Below are positions 12,101-26,709 of a stretch of DNA of 64,000 nucleotides, one piece after another. The notes beneath the pieces are model-generated. The model worked only from the letters and a program-made list of their open reading frames with translations. It did no database searches and had not been told where the DNA came from. Source of the stretch: Azolla caroliniana (Eukaryota > Plantae > Polypodiophyta). Numbering within the stretch: position 1 is the first letter of the stretch; every line of letters starts with the position of its first letter. The position numbers and the translations under genes are program-made. The stretch spans positions 19,034,001 through 19,098,000 of the forward strand of contig JBHGNT010000012.1 in assembly GCA_043228905.1 (NCBI GenBank). Direction: 5' to 3'.

Positions 12101-15100
12101 GATCTGAACCTTGCAGTTAGATTGTTGATCACTACATCTTTTTGTTTGTTATGGATCTCCAACTTAACACCTCAGGTCATCCTGCAGCATTTGTGACATT
12201 AACTTTGCTTATATGGGCAGAAGTGGAAAGGTGATAGCTTATGAAAAAGGCTATATGGTCAAATCATGTTACGAAGAATGTGACATTCTTATGTGCAGAA
12301 CAATAACGACTCTTCATTGGAGCTAATTGCATAGTAACTAGAGATCAATATGGGGCAATAACGGTAAAAGAACACTAGGCTGGACAGATTTCCAATACAG
12401 AAGTGCAAAAGAAAAAGGCTCAAACAAATTCCCAGGATTGAAACAACCATAATAAGGCTGAATGGACTCATACCACAACATTTGGAGCAGCATGTCCCAG
12501 TGTAAAATCCAGGAAAGTTGCTGTGAGAAAAAAAATGAAGCTGTAACCTTGTTACTTAACAGAACCAAAGCAAAATGCACAATGGCATTTAGCTTGGAAT
12601 CTCACAATATCAGCACACTCACATTCGAAGTCTAGTTAACATTCTCACATTCAGAGTATGCAAAAGTTATAATTCCAAAAAATGAGCAGGTGAAGGGAAT
12701 AATATCTTCCAGTCTAAATTTGATGTTTTGTTCACAACTGCGGAGAAGAATCTTTTGAAAGTTTTACAGCATATGTTCTTGGTAAATGCATAAATGGATT
12801 TCAAAAGTCAAGAATACATGTAGCTCTCCTGGTAAAGTGTTTGTGGTATACAATAATAACAAGATTGGGTCAATGAGATCATTGCATATGTGAGTAAACA
12901 CTTCCCTTAGTCTCTTGACCCTTTTATATTCATTTATTCTGATAACCTAGCATATGTGTCCATTTGTAACAATCTTAAATGTCAAAATGGATCAGTTGCT
13001 GTGAATTGGTGAATGCAAGAAAACAAATACTACAACTTTTATTGAAAACAAGTTATGCCCTAACATACATAATAAAAACACACTGTTTGCTTAACCAAAG
13101 AAGTAAAACGAGGACTAAGCATACTACAGACCCCTATACCAAATGGCAATCAGTTGTGTTGAGATCAAAGTTAAAGTTCTGTTGTACGCATACCAAAATG
13201 GATGCATTGTGAGTATTGCGAGCATTATCAATTATGGAAGCCAAAGACTGAAATAGATGATCTAATACCCATGCCCCAAGTGTGAGCCATCATATTTAGC
13301 ACACCAATATCTCGTACACTCAAAATAGAGATAAATATCTTGAATGGACAGAGAAAAAAGAAATGTGTAGTATTTGGGAATTGAATATTAAAACAAAGGG
13401 CATGCAACATTGGGAGGCCCAACTTATAGGAGCATATGAGTTTCTTTATCAATTTTCTTGAAGGATGCACTAAATTAGAAGAACTGCAAACATCATGGAA
13501 TTCTGAGACAAGACATACGATTTGTTCACTTGATTAAACATGAACACATAGTGTCACAGGATAGGTTAAGGTTGCATGGTATATCTCCTATTCTCCTGTA
13601 GGAATAGGAAGAAAGTATTCAAAGTTCAATTGGTCTCATGGGTAAACTTGGCCCTTTGCAGATGGTATAACATCATTGTTTCTCTCTTTCTACCTTGCAC
13701 TCACTAAGAACACTCTTTCATGCCAGAGTTAATAGACGGAATATAAAAACCCAAGACGCCCATAATCAACTTTAAACAAAATGCTTGGCTGTGCTGAAGT
13801 TATACCTTAAGCAATTCTATAGCTAGCATTCCTTGAGCCTTTTCAGACAAGACCTTCTCAAGATCTTCACTACTCCAACTTTTCGGAATGTTTCCAACAA
13901 ACAATTTGTTTTTCAGCTGAGAAGGAGAGAATCGCAACTTTCTTCCCTGTATCACCAAAAAACTTCAATCAAGCCTTTTGATACTACCATCAAAATGTTT
14001 CTTAAGGAAGCAAATACTAAGCCAGCTTCACCTTGAATTCGCGATCATTAAGAGTCTCAATTGCTGTTAGTGCAATTTTCTTGTTGGCAAAAGTCACAAA
14101 TGCAAAACCTTTGTTGCAGTTTTCTTGCTTATCTTTATCCCGCATTACCCGCACCTTGCCATATATATAGAATTCTGATTATCCATCCTTCATACATTTT
14201 ACCCCTATATTACTAATGCAGTTGATCAAGCCAAACTGCAAGCCCAAAGATGCACATGATTCATATTTTTACCAGTTATCATAAAGCAAATGTCCAAACA
14301 TTCAAAAGTTTGAAATTTCTACTTCAATGATATCTCTACCATGAACCTTATTATTACTAAAATGCAATTGATCAAACAATCAAATGTTGAAATTACTAAC
14401 TCAAAATATATCTCAACTAGGTACACATGATTCGTATTTGATTCAATTGTCAAAGCCTGTCAAGATGTGAACTTACTACCTCCAAGCATACCTATTGATC
14501 AGTAACGAAATTCCAAATGTGAACATTGCTACCTTAAAGATATATATCCACAAGGTGCACATAATTCATATGATTAACATATGAAATTATTACTAATGCA
14601 ATTGTTCATGCAATTAGCAACATATGATAATCATACCTCAAAGATATCTCCACACGGTGCACATAATCTTCTCAAATCCTCTTCAACAGTGTCCTTGCTG
14701 ATGTTTCCGATAAATACCTCCGAACCATGTTCAGGCTGAGACAGGGGATCCTCTTTCCTTTCATCATTTCTTACTTCCTCTTGTACCAATCCTTCAATTG
14801 ATACCATTTCTTCATTTTTATGTCTTTTATCATCATCCAAGTCACCATCTCCATCACAAACCTCATCCTCTACCACTTCAACCACAACTTTTCTCTGTCT
14901 ATGATCTTCAGGTTCAACATGAACAAGACGATGTTGTTCTTGAATACATTCAAGTTCTTCTTGACCATATGTCTCATCTTGGTCCTCTTCACCTATGTCT
15001 AGGTCAAGACCTTCTTGACCATCTGGTCCTTCTCCTTTATAATCCTCATCAACATCACCTTCTCCATCCAAATCTTCATCGATGATATCCTCTGTTTCAT

Positions 15101-15176
15101 CATCAAAGAGCTCCTGCTGAACCTCTTCTTCATAATCATCTTCTACCTCTTGGGAGATACCAGGTGAGTTTTCCAT
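9108..15176 (-). CDS. hnRNP Q/R-like RNA-binding protein (3 RRM, LIF2-like family), 8 coding exons
   Basis: Exons 15176-14637, 14154-14032, 13946-13806, 11452-11276, 9960-9753, 9682-9492, 9408-9323, 9237-9108. Acidic N-terminus; HGSEVFIGNI, KGFAFVTF, KLFVGNIPK, NRGFAFVEYYNHACA, VYVRNLP, IYGRGP.PAGM.MVPMVLPDGRIGYVL, C-terminal RRYRPY*. Probable 5'UTR intron ~15214-15326. Confidence 0.92.
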
Positions 15177-15576
15177 CTCTCTTTCCTATCTGATGAGCTT
15201 CAGAGGTTTGGACCTAGAAAAAAATGCCTTATTTGGGCAGGATAATAATGTGAAGAAAATGGTTTCCACACAGAGAGACAAAGGTGGGGGTGACCATGGA
15301 AGTGCAGAGAAGTAACAGAGAACATACCTTCAGGACTGGAGGAAGAGTCGGCCAAATCAAGCTATGGCTAATGGCTATGGTGATAACCGTGGTGTCTGTA
15401 GTAACCCTATGACTCTGTTTTCACTTAACCATGGTTACTTAGGGTTCTTTGACACTTGCTCTAACCATGGTTAGGGCCATTGCTCAATGTCACACTTAAG
15501 AGTGCTTTTCTGAGCTTAGGGTTTATGTGACAAGCTCGCACTTGTTCTAATCACAATTGTTGTTCCTTGCTTGGCA

Positions 15577-15604
15577 TTAGGGTTAGGGTTAGGGTTAGGG
15601 TTAG
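15577..15604. repeat. (TTAGGG)4 telomere-like tract upstream of the hnRNP gene
   Basis: TTAGGGTTAGGGTTAGGGTTAGGGTTAG read directly from the sequence. Confidence 0.9.
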
Positions 15605-17974
15605 AGATAAAGAGTTATAGTCCTGTGGCGCTCGAACATTGGCGATGAAGAAGAATGTATGGTTAAGGTTATATGTCACTTTGAGGTTGTGCATACATTC
15701 GTTCTAACTATGGTCACTTTGGAGGCCTTGTTTCATCGGAGAAATAGAAAAAGAATATATGGCCAGTGCAAATACTACATCTCTTTACGACTTTGTATGG
15801 CATTTGCAATATCTCTTTATTGATTGTTCTCATCCAACCATGTTTTGGGTTTTGATTGGTGTTAGGGTAACTTTGGATTAGAGTTAAGATCATATAGCAC
15901 CCCAAGGTTGTTTTCGATCCAATTCTCACAACTAGTGTTGTTCATTAGAATCAAGGTTGTGTGGAACATGAGGATTTATGCCCTTGAAAGGGAGAGGAAA
16001 GATACATAGCAAATTATGACAAACATTGCTTATCTTGCAACTCATCCACCCACTTGTCTACTAAGCAAAAATATCTTGCAACATCATGCAATGCAAGCTC
16101 AATACTAGATATATTCAAGGGTTTGATGACCTCATTACAAAAAGAACTTCTAGGGTTCATTACATGCATGAAATACAATGACAAACAAATTTGTGCCATG
16201 GTGGACGTCATGTAAAAGCTCCCCCCAACACATTGTAGAATGGTTGACATAATCACAAAACATGTGATACCTTGGGTACCTTAACACCAGGTATTTACAA
16301 AAGTATTTGTAAAAGTATTACAAATAGATTACAAAAGCATATGCCAAAGTTCATACACCTAACTAACTCAATACATTTCACAATGTGCTTGAAAGATTAT
16401 TTTATGGTCAAAGAGTTTCAAGGTTCCGCCTTACAATTTTATTGGGGCGAGATGCGATGTTCTGAGTAATATTTGATGGTATAGTTACATCAAATATTGT
16501 CCTTAGGAGATTTACTTCTAAAAGATGTTTCGTCATCAAATGACGCAATATATACTAGGATTTGGAAAATGATCCTTTCATGTTTTTACAAGCATCATGT
16601 GAGAATCTTGAGAAGGAATGCACATACGAGACCAATTTGCCTTGGCATCCATGCTTCATATTACTTGGAGGAAAACTCGCCTCATCTTGTGCACTAAGAG
16701 AGATTGGATCCATAATTCGAAAAGGTTGTACTTTATGACATTTGTGGCATCCATTAGAAGCGAATGTTACAAAATGCACACTCATTGATTGAATCACTAA
16801 CCAATTGAGGGATAAGTTCATATATTGGAAGGTACAATCTTGGTCATTTCATATATGCCTTAAAGTTGTACATTGTATTATGGAACCTACTACATTAGAT
16901 TTGTTGTAATTGTTGTCACTGACCAAGTAAGCTTTTCGTTCCATTTGGCAACCTCTTTGATATTTGTTGTGGAGAAAGAGCGATCCCATGGGTTATGTAG
17001 GACCATCTAGCAATCCTTAAGAACTTGGGAGAGCTACAATATTCAACTTATTTACCCATATAATGACTCATTGATTTTCATTATTGGAGGATGTGTTTGC
17101 GCTCACAACCATGGATATTTATTGTCTGATATTTCATTGATGAGTATGGGGTAAAACATGGGAGGACAATGATTAAGGAGTTATAATGGTGATTAATTAA
17201 TGGAAGTATTCCACTTTATTTATATGGACACCATCATCTAACAAAGAGCATTGTGGTTACTTCCAATAGCAGTTACTCATGTCTTCTTGATTCTTATTTT
17301 GGCACGGAAAAGAGATATTTCACTCCCAATTTAATTGCTAGCATCATACCCAATTATAGGTTTATTTGGCAACAACTAAAGAGTATAACATTGATAGAGG
17401 CTTGTTTACCTAGACAAACCCAAGAGCAACCATCTATTGATTGACATTACTATGGGCTCACTGGTAAATACTAATCTCTCGTACTATATATTTCTCCATT
17501 GAATCTCTTGGATGGCTATCATCTAAGGCTAAAAAAGAATATGTGACTCTAATTATGGATGATGACAAATGTTAAAATATAGTTGACCTTATAAATTTCC
17601 ACTTCTAGCAAATTTCTTCATTTTAAGAGTATTGAATATTGGGGTTTTCTCATGTTGTTATTTGATGCCAAGAAAGTGAGGGTTTTCAAAATTTACACAA
17701 CTTGACTAGAAACCAAAGATGGGGATGATTGTCGGTCCAAGGTATCAAGGATTGCCCAATACTTATGTATTTGACGGTAGACATGTAGTTAGAACATATC
17801 TACAAATGTTGGAAGGGAGTATTGATGTGGGGATTTTGTTTGTTGGAGCAAGTCAAATTTCTTTCCTCGGTGGAGTGTTCATCTTGCCTATTGGTTATTC
17901 AACTTGTCCCATTAGTATTGGTGACATTAGTCCGTTGTGGTACCATTGTAGTTAATATAATTCTATGTTTTCAT

Positions 17975-17976
<2 letters not shown>

Positions 17977-18006
<30 letters not shown>
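17977..18006. repeat. (GA)n microsatellite
   Basis: Direct read. Confidence 0.9.
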
Positions 18007-18011
<5 letters not shown>

Positions 18012-20939
18012 TTATCTTGATTTAATACTATTTTGTGAAAGTGGGCTCTGCTAGTTCTAAGAACCTTTGTAGATTCTTTGTTACCCTCTTCTTATTAGTG
18101 TGAGTGCTCCTTGGAGGAGTTCGCATTTGTCACTTCTACAATTCAATTTCATTATATACAATTGGTAATTGGGTGTATGGTTGGCTATTCTAGTTCACCA
18201 AAGGAACCATCTGAGATTGGTTGCAATAATCTTTACCCATGGTATTAGGTTGTATCACAAAAAAATAGTAAAGGACTTTCCTACGCAACCCTTTCCAACT
18301 CCAATCTTGTGAGGACATCTTGGTCATGACTCATAATAATTAAGCCAATCAACAAATTTGAAAGTTTAGTTGTATGACCTTAATACAAAGCATCATGTTT
18401 TAATATATATATATATACATAATAGGAGCCAATGTCACTATATAAAGATTGCTCCATGAATTTCCTTCGAGATGTTTGATGCTTCCCATACGTATGTACG
18501 TACTACGTACGTACGCCGACAAGTAACTTAGTATCGATCCCCACTACTTAGCAAGGGCTTGCATATGACATATTTTCATCTCTATAGAAAACAAGCCTAT
18601 TAAATTGTCGAAAGAAGAATAGGGACTAAGAGGCTTGCAAACCATTTTTGTTCAAGTAACATTCAACAATGATTAGGGGATCTTTCTTGGTTCATACCCT
18701 AATAGTTATTCTTAGCAAGTAATCTTGTTGTGTGTGGCATGTGGGAACACAAGAGGAATGAAGTCCAAGTGCACCTATAGGTCAATGTCATTAATTGCTC
18801 TCAAAAGGCAGAGCAAGTAAGTATGAAAGCAAGATAACTACATTATAAGAATGGATGATAAAAAATGCACATAATAAAGTGAAGCAAAAAAGGTAGATTG
18901 AGGACTATCATGGCATGGTTAAATCTTCCAAGCATAAGATTAGAGGCACGTATCACTACACGAGGTAGGGTCTCCTCATCATCACATAAGCCACAAGAGC
19001 CAATAGTTTGGAGACCTTACAAAATGCAAGCAAGGAAGAGAAAAGATAGAGATATGAGAGGGAGTCCAATGCATGATGCCATTTAAAGAGACACTCCATA
19101 GAGTAAGTTAAGAAACATTTTCGATGTTTTGTAAGCATAGCCATATTTTTGTTTCCATACTTACAAACACCTGGGGATTTGAGGAACCTTTTAATGCTAA
19201 TATAATTGTTAAGAGAAATTAAGGTCCTTGTTACATAGTTACATAGACCCAATGGAGAGTTATCACATCAATGGTATATTTTCTAGGTGATGCTTGAGTT
19301 TTCTTAACACTATTTGGTTTTCATAATTTTGCAGAATATAGTGTATCAAAATGACTTTAACACAATACCTCATTTTCTACATGATGGTGAATCTAGCATA
19401 TGTATTACCCATGATAAGTTTGCCTCTATTTTTATCACATTGAACACATTACATTGTATAATGTGATTTTTATCACATTGAGATATTTGGACATTATTAA
19501 TGTCAACAATAAATAAATGCATCCTCAACAATCAAGACATCCCTTGAATCAAAGGCCATGCAAGCCATCCTAATCATCAACGATACACTTTATGGTATCT
19601 TGAGATAGAGAGATCTAACATGTTAATTTAATTAACATACAAATGGACATGTGCGATGTTTCTCTTCTTATGTCAACAAAACATTAAATCTTCATTTATC
19701 ATGTCAACACCCATTACATACCAATAGGATGATCAAGTTTTAGCAAAAATGGTAGTTTACATCGACAATGAAGGATGCAAACCAAGCAAATTAGGGTAGG
19801 TTAGAAGGCCTTCCAAGAATGACTGTGATGAGATTGTGCCGAAGAATTTTAACATCATCTCTGACTTTCATGGAATATATCCCTATCTAAGACAACGTAA
19901 TTGTCCCATATGTTGGGCAATGCATGTAGTAGCCACCATAAATAGTGAGGATTTCTTATACATCATCATATGGTGGCCAAAAATACTATGCATGGTACCC
20001 AAAAAGCATGTGCATCACCTCTACTAAGGCACAACATGTAGCCACATGTGCTTTGTTTTGTTCTTGAGGTCAATCATCACTATGCTTAAGTAGAGTGCAT
20101 ATCTATTTTTCTTAAGGGATGAGGTTGTTATGTTAAAGACTACAAGAGAAGTTCTATGAGATGGGTGCATGCATTAATTGATCGTATGAAGTATTTTCAG
20201 ATGTAACTCATGAACTTGCTTCACATGTGATACACTGACAGTGAAAGATGTTCCTCAACTCCGATGTCCGAAGAAGGAATAGAGTTCACAAATATAATAT
20301 GCTAATCTCTTGAGGATCCTTTCTGAATATCAAGATCATGGCAACAAGCACAGAGGAGGTCGATTTCCCTTCTCCCATTAGATGGTGCAAGGATGAGAAT
20401 ATGTTGTTGGGTACATGCCATCATTTCGTTGTAGATGTTGCAACATGTTGCGGTTTTGAGTGCACCAACATGATGGCATAATTTGATGGAGGGATCAACA
20501 AGGGAGGTCTCTTAGGTTTTGTCTATCTTTAATACCTAGGTATAATGTGAACTCAACAAAGTTGTCACCCATATATGGGGTAGGTAGTCTCAAAGCCTCT
20601 AGTTACGTCCGGTCAACATTGGTTTCCTGCATCCCTCCAAGACACCTTCAACAAGTGTCGACAATGGTGTTGATGTCTAGGCCATCTCCTCCAAGGGGGA
20701 TATGGGATTCAAATCTTTCCTAACATGACTGATAAACCTTGTTGTGGAACATAGTGTTGATCAAATGGGTGTGGATACTAGAAGGTGACTTAACTATTAA
20801 TCCAAGTGAGGTTGGGGATTTTCCTAATTGTCATGTTAAACCTAAGTATTTAAAAGCCTAATTAATGTATTATTCTTAAGTTAGAAAAATCCTAAAGTAC
20901 GTGTAATGTAATAAATATGATTAATACTTGAAAAGAAAA

Positions 20940-21743
20940 TCAACGGTCCCCCCAAAGCCAAAAATTCCACTTATTCCCATCCCCTTCTTCTTCTTCATCA
21001 TCTTCTTCTTCCCCTTCATGGTGATGATGATATAAGGTACTAGTTTCGCCAGCTTGAGGCGCTCCCGATGAGGATGACGAGGACGACGAAAGAAGCATTG
21101 CATGAGCCATGTCCGCTATGACATAAGGATCATGGGCCATCTCTTCATCCATAGGAGGAGGCGCGATCACTCCGGTGGTGCTGGTGTAGTTATAGTTTTC
21201 AGCTTCTTCGGCAATGGTATTGGTATCATGTCCCTCGGGCCCCGTTGGCGCCACTTTCTCGGACACCTTGGATTTGGAGCTCCAAGCTGCAGCCGCGGCC
21301 GCGGCAGCGGTCTGGATGTCCCGAGCCGAGAGCGTGGCCGGGCGGGGCAAGGAAGACGCGAGGTCCGGGAAATTGAGGTCGGCGGCCGCAATGTCCGGGC
21401 CCCGGAGGGAGAGGGCGGCGACATCGTAAGCGCGCGCGGCCATCTCCGGGGTGGAGAAGGAGCCGAGCCAGATGCGGGACTTCGTGCGAGGGTCACGGAT
21501 CTCCGCCACCCACTTGCCCCAGCTGCGTTGACGGATCCCATGGAAGATGGGGTGCACGCATGTGTTCGTGGGCCCGGGCCCGGGGCCGGAGGACAAGTGT
21601 GGTGGTGGGGAGTCTTCGGAGGAGGAGGTGCGAGGGCGGCGTCGAGGGGAGCGAGGTGGGGGATTAGGGTTAGGGTTAGGGTTGGGTGGAGATGAGGGAT
21701 CATCAGCTCCCCCACCAGCTCCCCCACCAGCTAGAAGGCTCAT
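20940..21743 (-). CDS. AP2/ERF transcription factor, DREB A-4/TINY-like, intronless
   Basis: First ATG at 21743. AP2 domain [52 protein letters not shown]...LNFP; post-domain [20 protein letters not shown]; acidic C-terminus ending in an LW motif. Confidence 0.93.
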   Translation of the reverse strand: MSLLAGGGAGGGADDPSSPPNPNPNPNPPPRSPRRRPRTSSSEDSPPPHLSSGPGPGPTNTCVHPIFHGIRQRSWGKWVAEIRDPRTKSRIWLGSFSTPEMAARAYDVAALSLRGPDIAAADLNFPDLASSLPRPATLSARDIQTAAAAAAAAWSSKSKVSEKVAPTGPEGHDTNTIAEEAENYNYTSTTGVIAPPPMDEEMAHDPYVIADMAHAMLLSSSSSSSSGAPQAGETSTLYHHHHEGEEEDDEEEEGDGNKWNFWLWGDR

Positions 21744-21902
21744 GGTTAGGTTGGTTTTGGTCTCCCTCTTGTCTTGTGGAGGGGACAAACAAAGGTCTCA
21801 TGCAAATGAGGACTTTGATTGGCTTTGGTTTGTTGGATTGCAAAGAAAGAGAGAGAGAGAGAGAGAGAGCCCCTTTTTTGACAAAAGCAACCCAAAGGGG
21901 CA

Positions 21903-21956
21903 ATCTATATAAATAAGCAAAACCTCAATGGTCCTTTCCAAGTGCCATCCACGTGG
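21903..21956 (-). promoter_or_regulatory. TATA box and G-box upstream of the AP2 gene
   Basis: Minus strand TATTTATATAG at ~21904-21914 upstream of a CT-rich leader; palindromic CCACGTGG at 21949-21956. Confidence 0.55.
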
Positions 21957-22821
21957 AAAGTGCAAATGAAAGCTTTTTCCTTCAACTTTTTCTTTTTCTT
22001 TTTTTCTTTTTAATGGGAAGCTAACTATTTGAGCCTTAAGTCGTTTAAACAACATTACACGCACGGCACCTCCGTATTAATACACAAGGTAAACGAGAAA
22101 TAAAGGAAGCATTGGCCAACAACTACTTTGACGGCCACCCACCAACACAACAGCCTCTTTGTCCCCTTTTTGGCCAATTGTCGACATCGACAACTTCTAC
22201 GGAACGGCTCCAAATATGCACTAGTGATGATCTTGCTATGTTGCGTAGATGAGTGGACCTCGCTACGGAACATACCATGGAATTGGTGCTACAAGTCGAG
22301 GCTAGCATTTTAATGTTGAGCAAGTGTGAACATGTCCAATGTGACCAATCATTGACAAAATTAGGAGATTCGAACCTCATTTGTGGTATAGTGAACACCA
22401 TTAGCTAGGGAGCTAATCAAGAGTCCATGATGTATGTTGTCATAGCACAAGGTCACCTAGGGCACAAACTAGCTCATATAAGACACATAACCAAACACGG
22501 ACAGAAGCCATCGGCCTACGATTATGGTTACATTCTTACTCAATCTTGCACCTAGTGGATTCTTGGATGTTTTTATTTCATATATATTTCTCAAAAATAT
22601 GGTTTTAGCATTTTTTGTTTAGATAAATGTGAAGGTCTCGCAGTGTCGGTTTTTCATATTTTACTCCATGGCCTTGCTATTTCTCACATGGTGTTGCTTT
22701 TACGGACAAATTGTTTCCCAATCCTTATTTCTGGCACCATTTTTCTCCTAATCATTTTCTCATGCTTGCAGCTTGCAAGATGAGTTCTTGAAGCATTGCA
22801 TGTAAAACCATATTTACATAT

Positions 22822-22825
<4 letters not shown>

Positions 22826-22866
<41 letters not shown>
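22826..22866. repeat. (CT)n microsatellite
   Basis: Direct read. Confidence 0.95.
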
Positions 22867-22868
<2 letters not shown>

Positions 22869-25800
22869 GTCATTATTGGCCTCAATATAGATGCTAAAAA
22901 TATATATCTATCTATCATGTTTCATGTAAACCCATCTTTAGATATATGTTAATGTGGAAAGAAATTTAAATTCACCTTAATACCCCAACATAAATAATCA
23001 CATTTCACATTTTACATACTAGAGCAACGCTTGAAGGATTAAAGGAAGACAAAGACGATGTCCTATACTTGAGACTTTTTGTTTACATGTGCATAGAATA
23101 AGACATTTATAAACACAAATCCAAGAAAGTATTCCACCTTGATGAGTCCAAACTCTTCAAATGATGTATTCTACAGTAATGGTTGAATGCCAAGCATCAA
23201 ACTTAAGGTTTATTAACAAGTATAAAGTTGTCAATACATTTGAAGACTTGATTATTTTAGACGTATGTTTCCATAGACAGATACTAATGATCATAAACGT
23301 TTTGATAACTACCGAACAAGGACATGGTAATATTTGTTCAATATTTGGAGATCACTTGTTTGATTCTTTCCTACTAACTTCAATTAAAAAACAAATGTGA
23401 TGATGTTGCCAAAAGTTACTTGATGATAAAGAATGGAATTACAAATAGATCAACCAATTCTGAAATAAAGTGTGATATCCTAACATGAGGGTAAAGGGTT
23501 AAGATCTCAGTATAACTCATAGAACTAGGCATCAATGACAATTCAAGTAAAGTACTTATAACAGGTAGAAAATATTCTTTCCAAGTTAATGAACCCCTCC
23601 CAATGGTTAACAAGTAGAATAAGGATAATGTCTTGAATAAAAATTAGTGGTGTTGATGTAGAAAAATCCATTCTTCATGAAATCTTGTAAGCCTTTGACT
23701 TCATCATATATATTTCATTCTTCATTACCCATGATCAAGTTGTTCAAAACTAATGCTAACACCGAAAACAATCATTCACAACAAACTACACCAGTACATA
23801 AGATAGGAGCTCAAAGCACTCAGATAATGTTAGAAACTAATAGTGGCAAGATGATTTTGCCGCCCAACCAATGACCAACTAAATGATTCATCAACTACAT
23901 TGTCAGGTTTAGTTTCTACTTGTCGAAAGACTCACCATGTGCATGGCCAAGGCTTGTCAACCACTTGATGGAAGCCAATCTACCTTACATTCTAAGTCTT
24001 CCCTCAACCAAACCTAAACCCCATCAATCATGTCCATCTATAATATTGCACTTACCTATGATAAAGTAACAAATATTACACCTTCCAACTAACTCTACAA
24101 ATGCAAACCCATGCATTTCAGGTCCAACCATAGTTTGTGTCACATTTTATGCTCTAAAACATTTCACTTCATAAATAATGGAATGGAGCGTTGATCTTTG
24201 GTGGATAATCAATAACTTGAATTGCAAATATGTGTGCTTCTTGTTCGTCTAAACATATGTGCCATATTTGGCACACTTTCATGAAAGGTATTTGGTACAA
24301 TTTGGAACAATTTTGATCAGGACATTGAGGTGCACGAGTTGTTCTGGAATATTTAAGAAAGATATTGATTTTTTTATCTATACAAAAATCTTATAAGAAT
24401 CTAGATTCAAAATAGTGATCTCTCTAATGTACTACATAAAATGCCACCATTTGTCTATCCTTTTGTGAGTGGTTAGCCTCTCCTTTGATAAAGCCTTTAA
24501 AGTTTTAATACTCAAGCGATAGGTTGAAAGTTATGCTAAAAACTTTTTTAGTGTCGTGTGGGCATCTCCACATCCAAAATGGATGTTTATCCACGCATTT
24601 TGAACAAGAATATGTACGATCAAGGTTTGTTGACAAGTCGAGTGACATATTGGGTAAATTCATTTGCAATGAATGCCATGGTAAGGATACATTGAGATTT
24701 TAAAGATGTTGTTGTTAAGGTTAAGTTGACTTTAACCATGACATCAATACATATAGACTACACGGTTCATCTTTTTTGATGTATAAACCACCCTAACATG
24801 CTAGGATATGTTCGCCGTTGAAACATTATATTCTATATCATATTCGTCTATCACAATTGAATTTACTTCTTTCCTTTCTTTTTATTGAGAACAATGAAGG
24901 CCATTCGACACATTTCAAGTTCATTGTCGTTTCCTTTCTAATTGTTTTCTTGTATTTACCAAAGTGTACTACACTAATAAAATATATGTAACACAAGCAA
25001 CTATTTGTTGGTTCACAATTCGAACGTGATAGTGCTACTTAGACTACATATCAATAGGATGAAACTTAGCTACTTCAAAGTAGATTGTGACAATGTGTTT
25101 GCTATTTTGTGTTCTTCTATTTCCAATCAAGAACGTGTAGATCCTCGTCATTATCTCACAACACCAATGTGGAATTTCATTATGAGAACACTATTCAATT
25201 GTAGATAGAAACCAAGAAGTATGAATCCTTTCATGAAATGCATTGTTGGAGTGGATGAATTGCCTTTTCAGGCTATCTCTAATCTTAAACTTTAGAATCT
25301 TGAAAATGTTTTTATTGTTGAGGAGACAACTCATTATTTTCAATGATCATTATGAGATATATTCAATTGGATATGTTGCTTCATCACATCTTCTTTCCTA
25401 GCATTTAAGAAGACTAAAATATTATTCCCTTCTCGTCTTTGTTCATCCAATGTACTATATGGTGTCTCATTGCTTTTAACATAATCAATTTGCCTATCTA
25501 TGTATTTGTAGAGTACCCTAGTTTTATAGGTGAAAGTGTACATTCAGTGTTAGTTATCACAAAGAGGTGACATTCAACTATACCCCTTGCAAGGTTTAAA
25601 AAATGAGAGTTAAAATAGTTTGAAAAGACATTGGTTTGAGCTGAAAATTCCTGACATTTCAATCATAATCAATCCATGCCAATCCAAATTTGAACATAAT
25701 AAAGGGCTCTACAATTTATAGCAAGACCCTCCAAATGTACCGAAATTTGTTAATGAGTAGTTTCAACAAAGTTAAACCGATGTTTATTAGAGTGAGGTAA

Positions 25801-26709
25801 AAGTGTTATACACATTTTGAAATGAATGGCATTGTCAATGAGGTGGAGATATGAGATTGGTTCGTATGCCAAGTGATCAACCATGACAAAATCCGAACAT
25901 CTTGTCTTTTTAAACAACTTGATGGTAAATATAAAGGGCAATTCCCATCTAAAAAGTCAAAAACCGGCCTAGTGGACGTCTAGCTTTCTACACGTTTTGT
26001 CCCAAAAGGACACTGGAGACATGTTGAAATAGATCTTGCAATTTATTGCACTTGTTTGAGTATGATAATATGTGTGGTTCAGTGAAATAATTATTGATCC
26101 ATTGTGTGCACTATTTGAACATAGCTTGAAAAGTGGTCACCGAAAAGTGATTGTGCGACCTATATTTAGGTTTGAAACTAGAAAGTAAGTTACACAAGAC
26201 AATTTCGTTTACGAGCAAATGATTTTGTGCCACATGAATATGGATTTATATCGGGAAATTAGGAAATAAGGTGGTAACATGAGATTTGCCCATATGCCAG
26301 GTAATTGAAGCTCACGTAGGTCTGAACATTGTGCATCTAGATTTCTACATACTTTCTACATTGCCAAGTAATTGCGAACAAGTTCAAATCTCTCTCTCTC
26401 TCTCTCTCTCTTAAATTTTTATCTGTCATGGAATACGCTTCGAACAAGTGGCCACCGAAAAAGTGTTTGACGTGTGACCTATACTTAGCCTTTAATTTGT
26501 CAAGCAAGTTATCAAGGACAATTTCTTTTATGAGCAAATGATTTTGTGCTTCATCAACATTGATTTATGTCATGGAGCTAGGTCTAAGCATAGCTTTGAA
26601 ATTGTTGAATACTTTGTTTTAAAGACAAATATTTGTGCGACCAAACAATTTTTGTGGCACGAAATTTTTGTTCTAAGAAGGTTTTTAAACCTAGCCTAGC
26701 CAACTCTTG

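Noticed and set aside
16000-20900. Possible decayed retroelement or gene, including the (TACG)n patch at ~18490
   Set aside because: No motif, terminus or TSD could be identified with confidence; needs blastx/RepeatMasker.
21102-21912. Several long overlapping ORFs around the AP2 gene
   Set aside because: Expected from high GC content; only one frame has the AP2 domain.
22360-22410. tRNA/SINE-like B box GGTTCGAATC on the minus strand
   Set aside because: Spacing to the putative A box is only ~20 nt; no tail or TSD seen.
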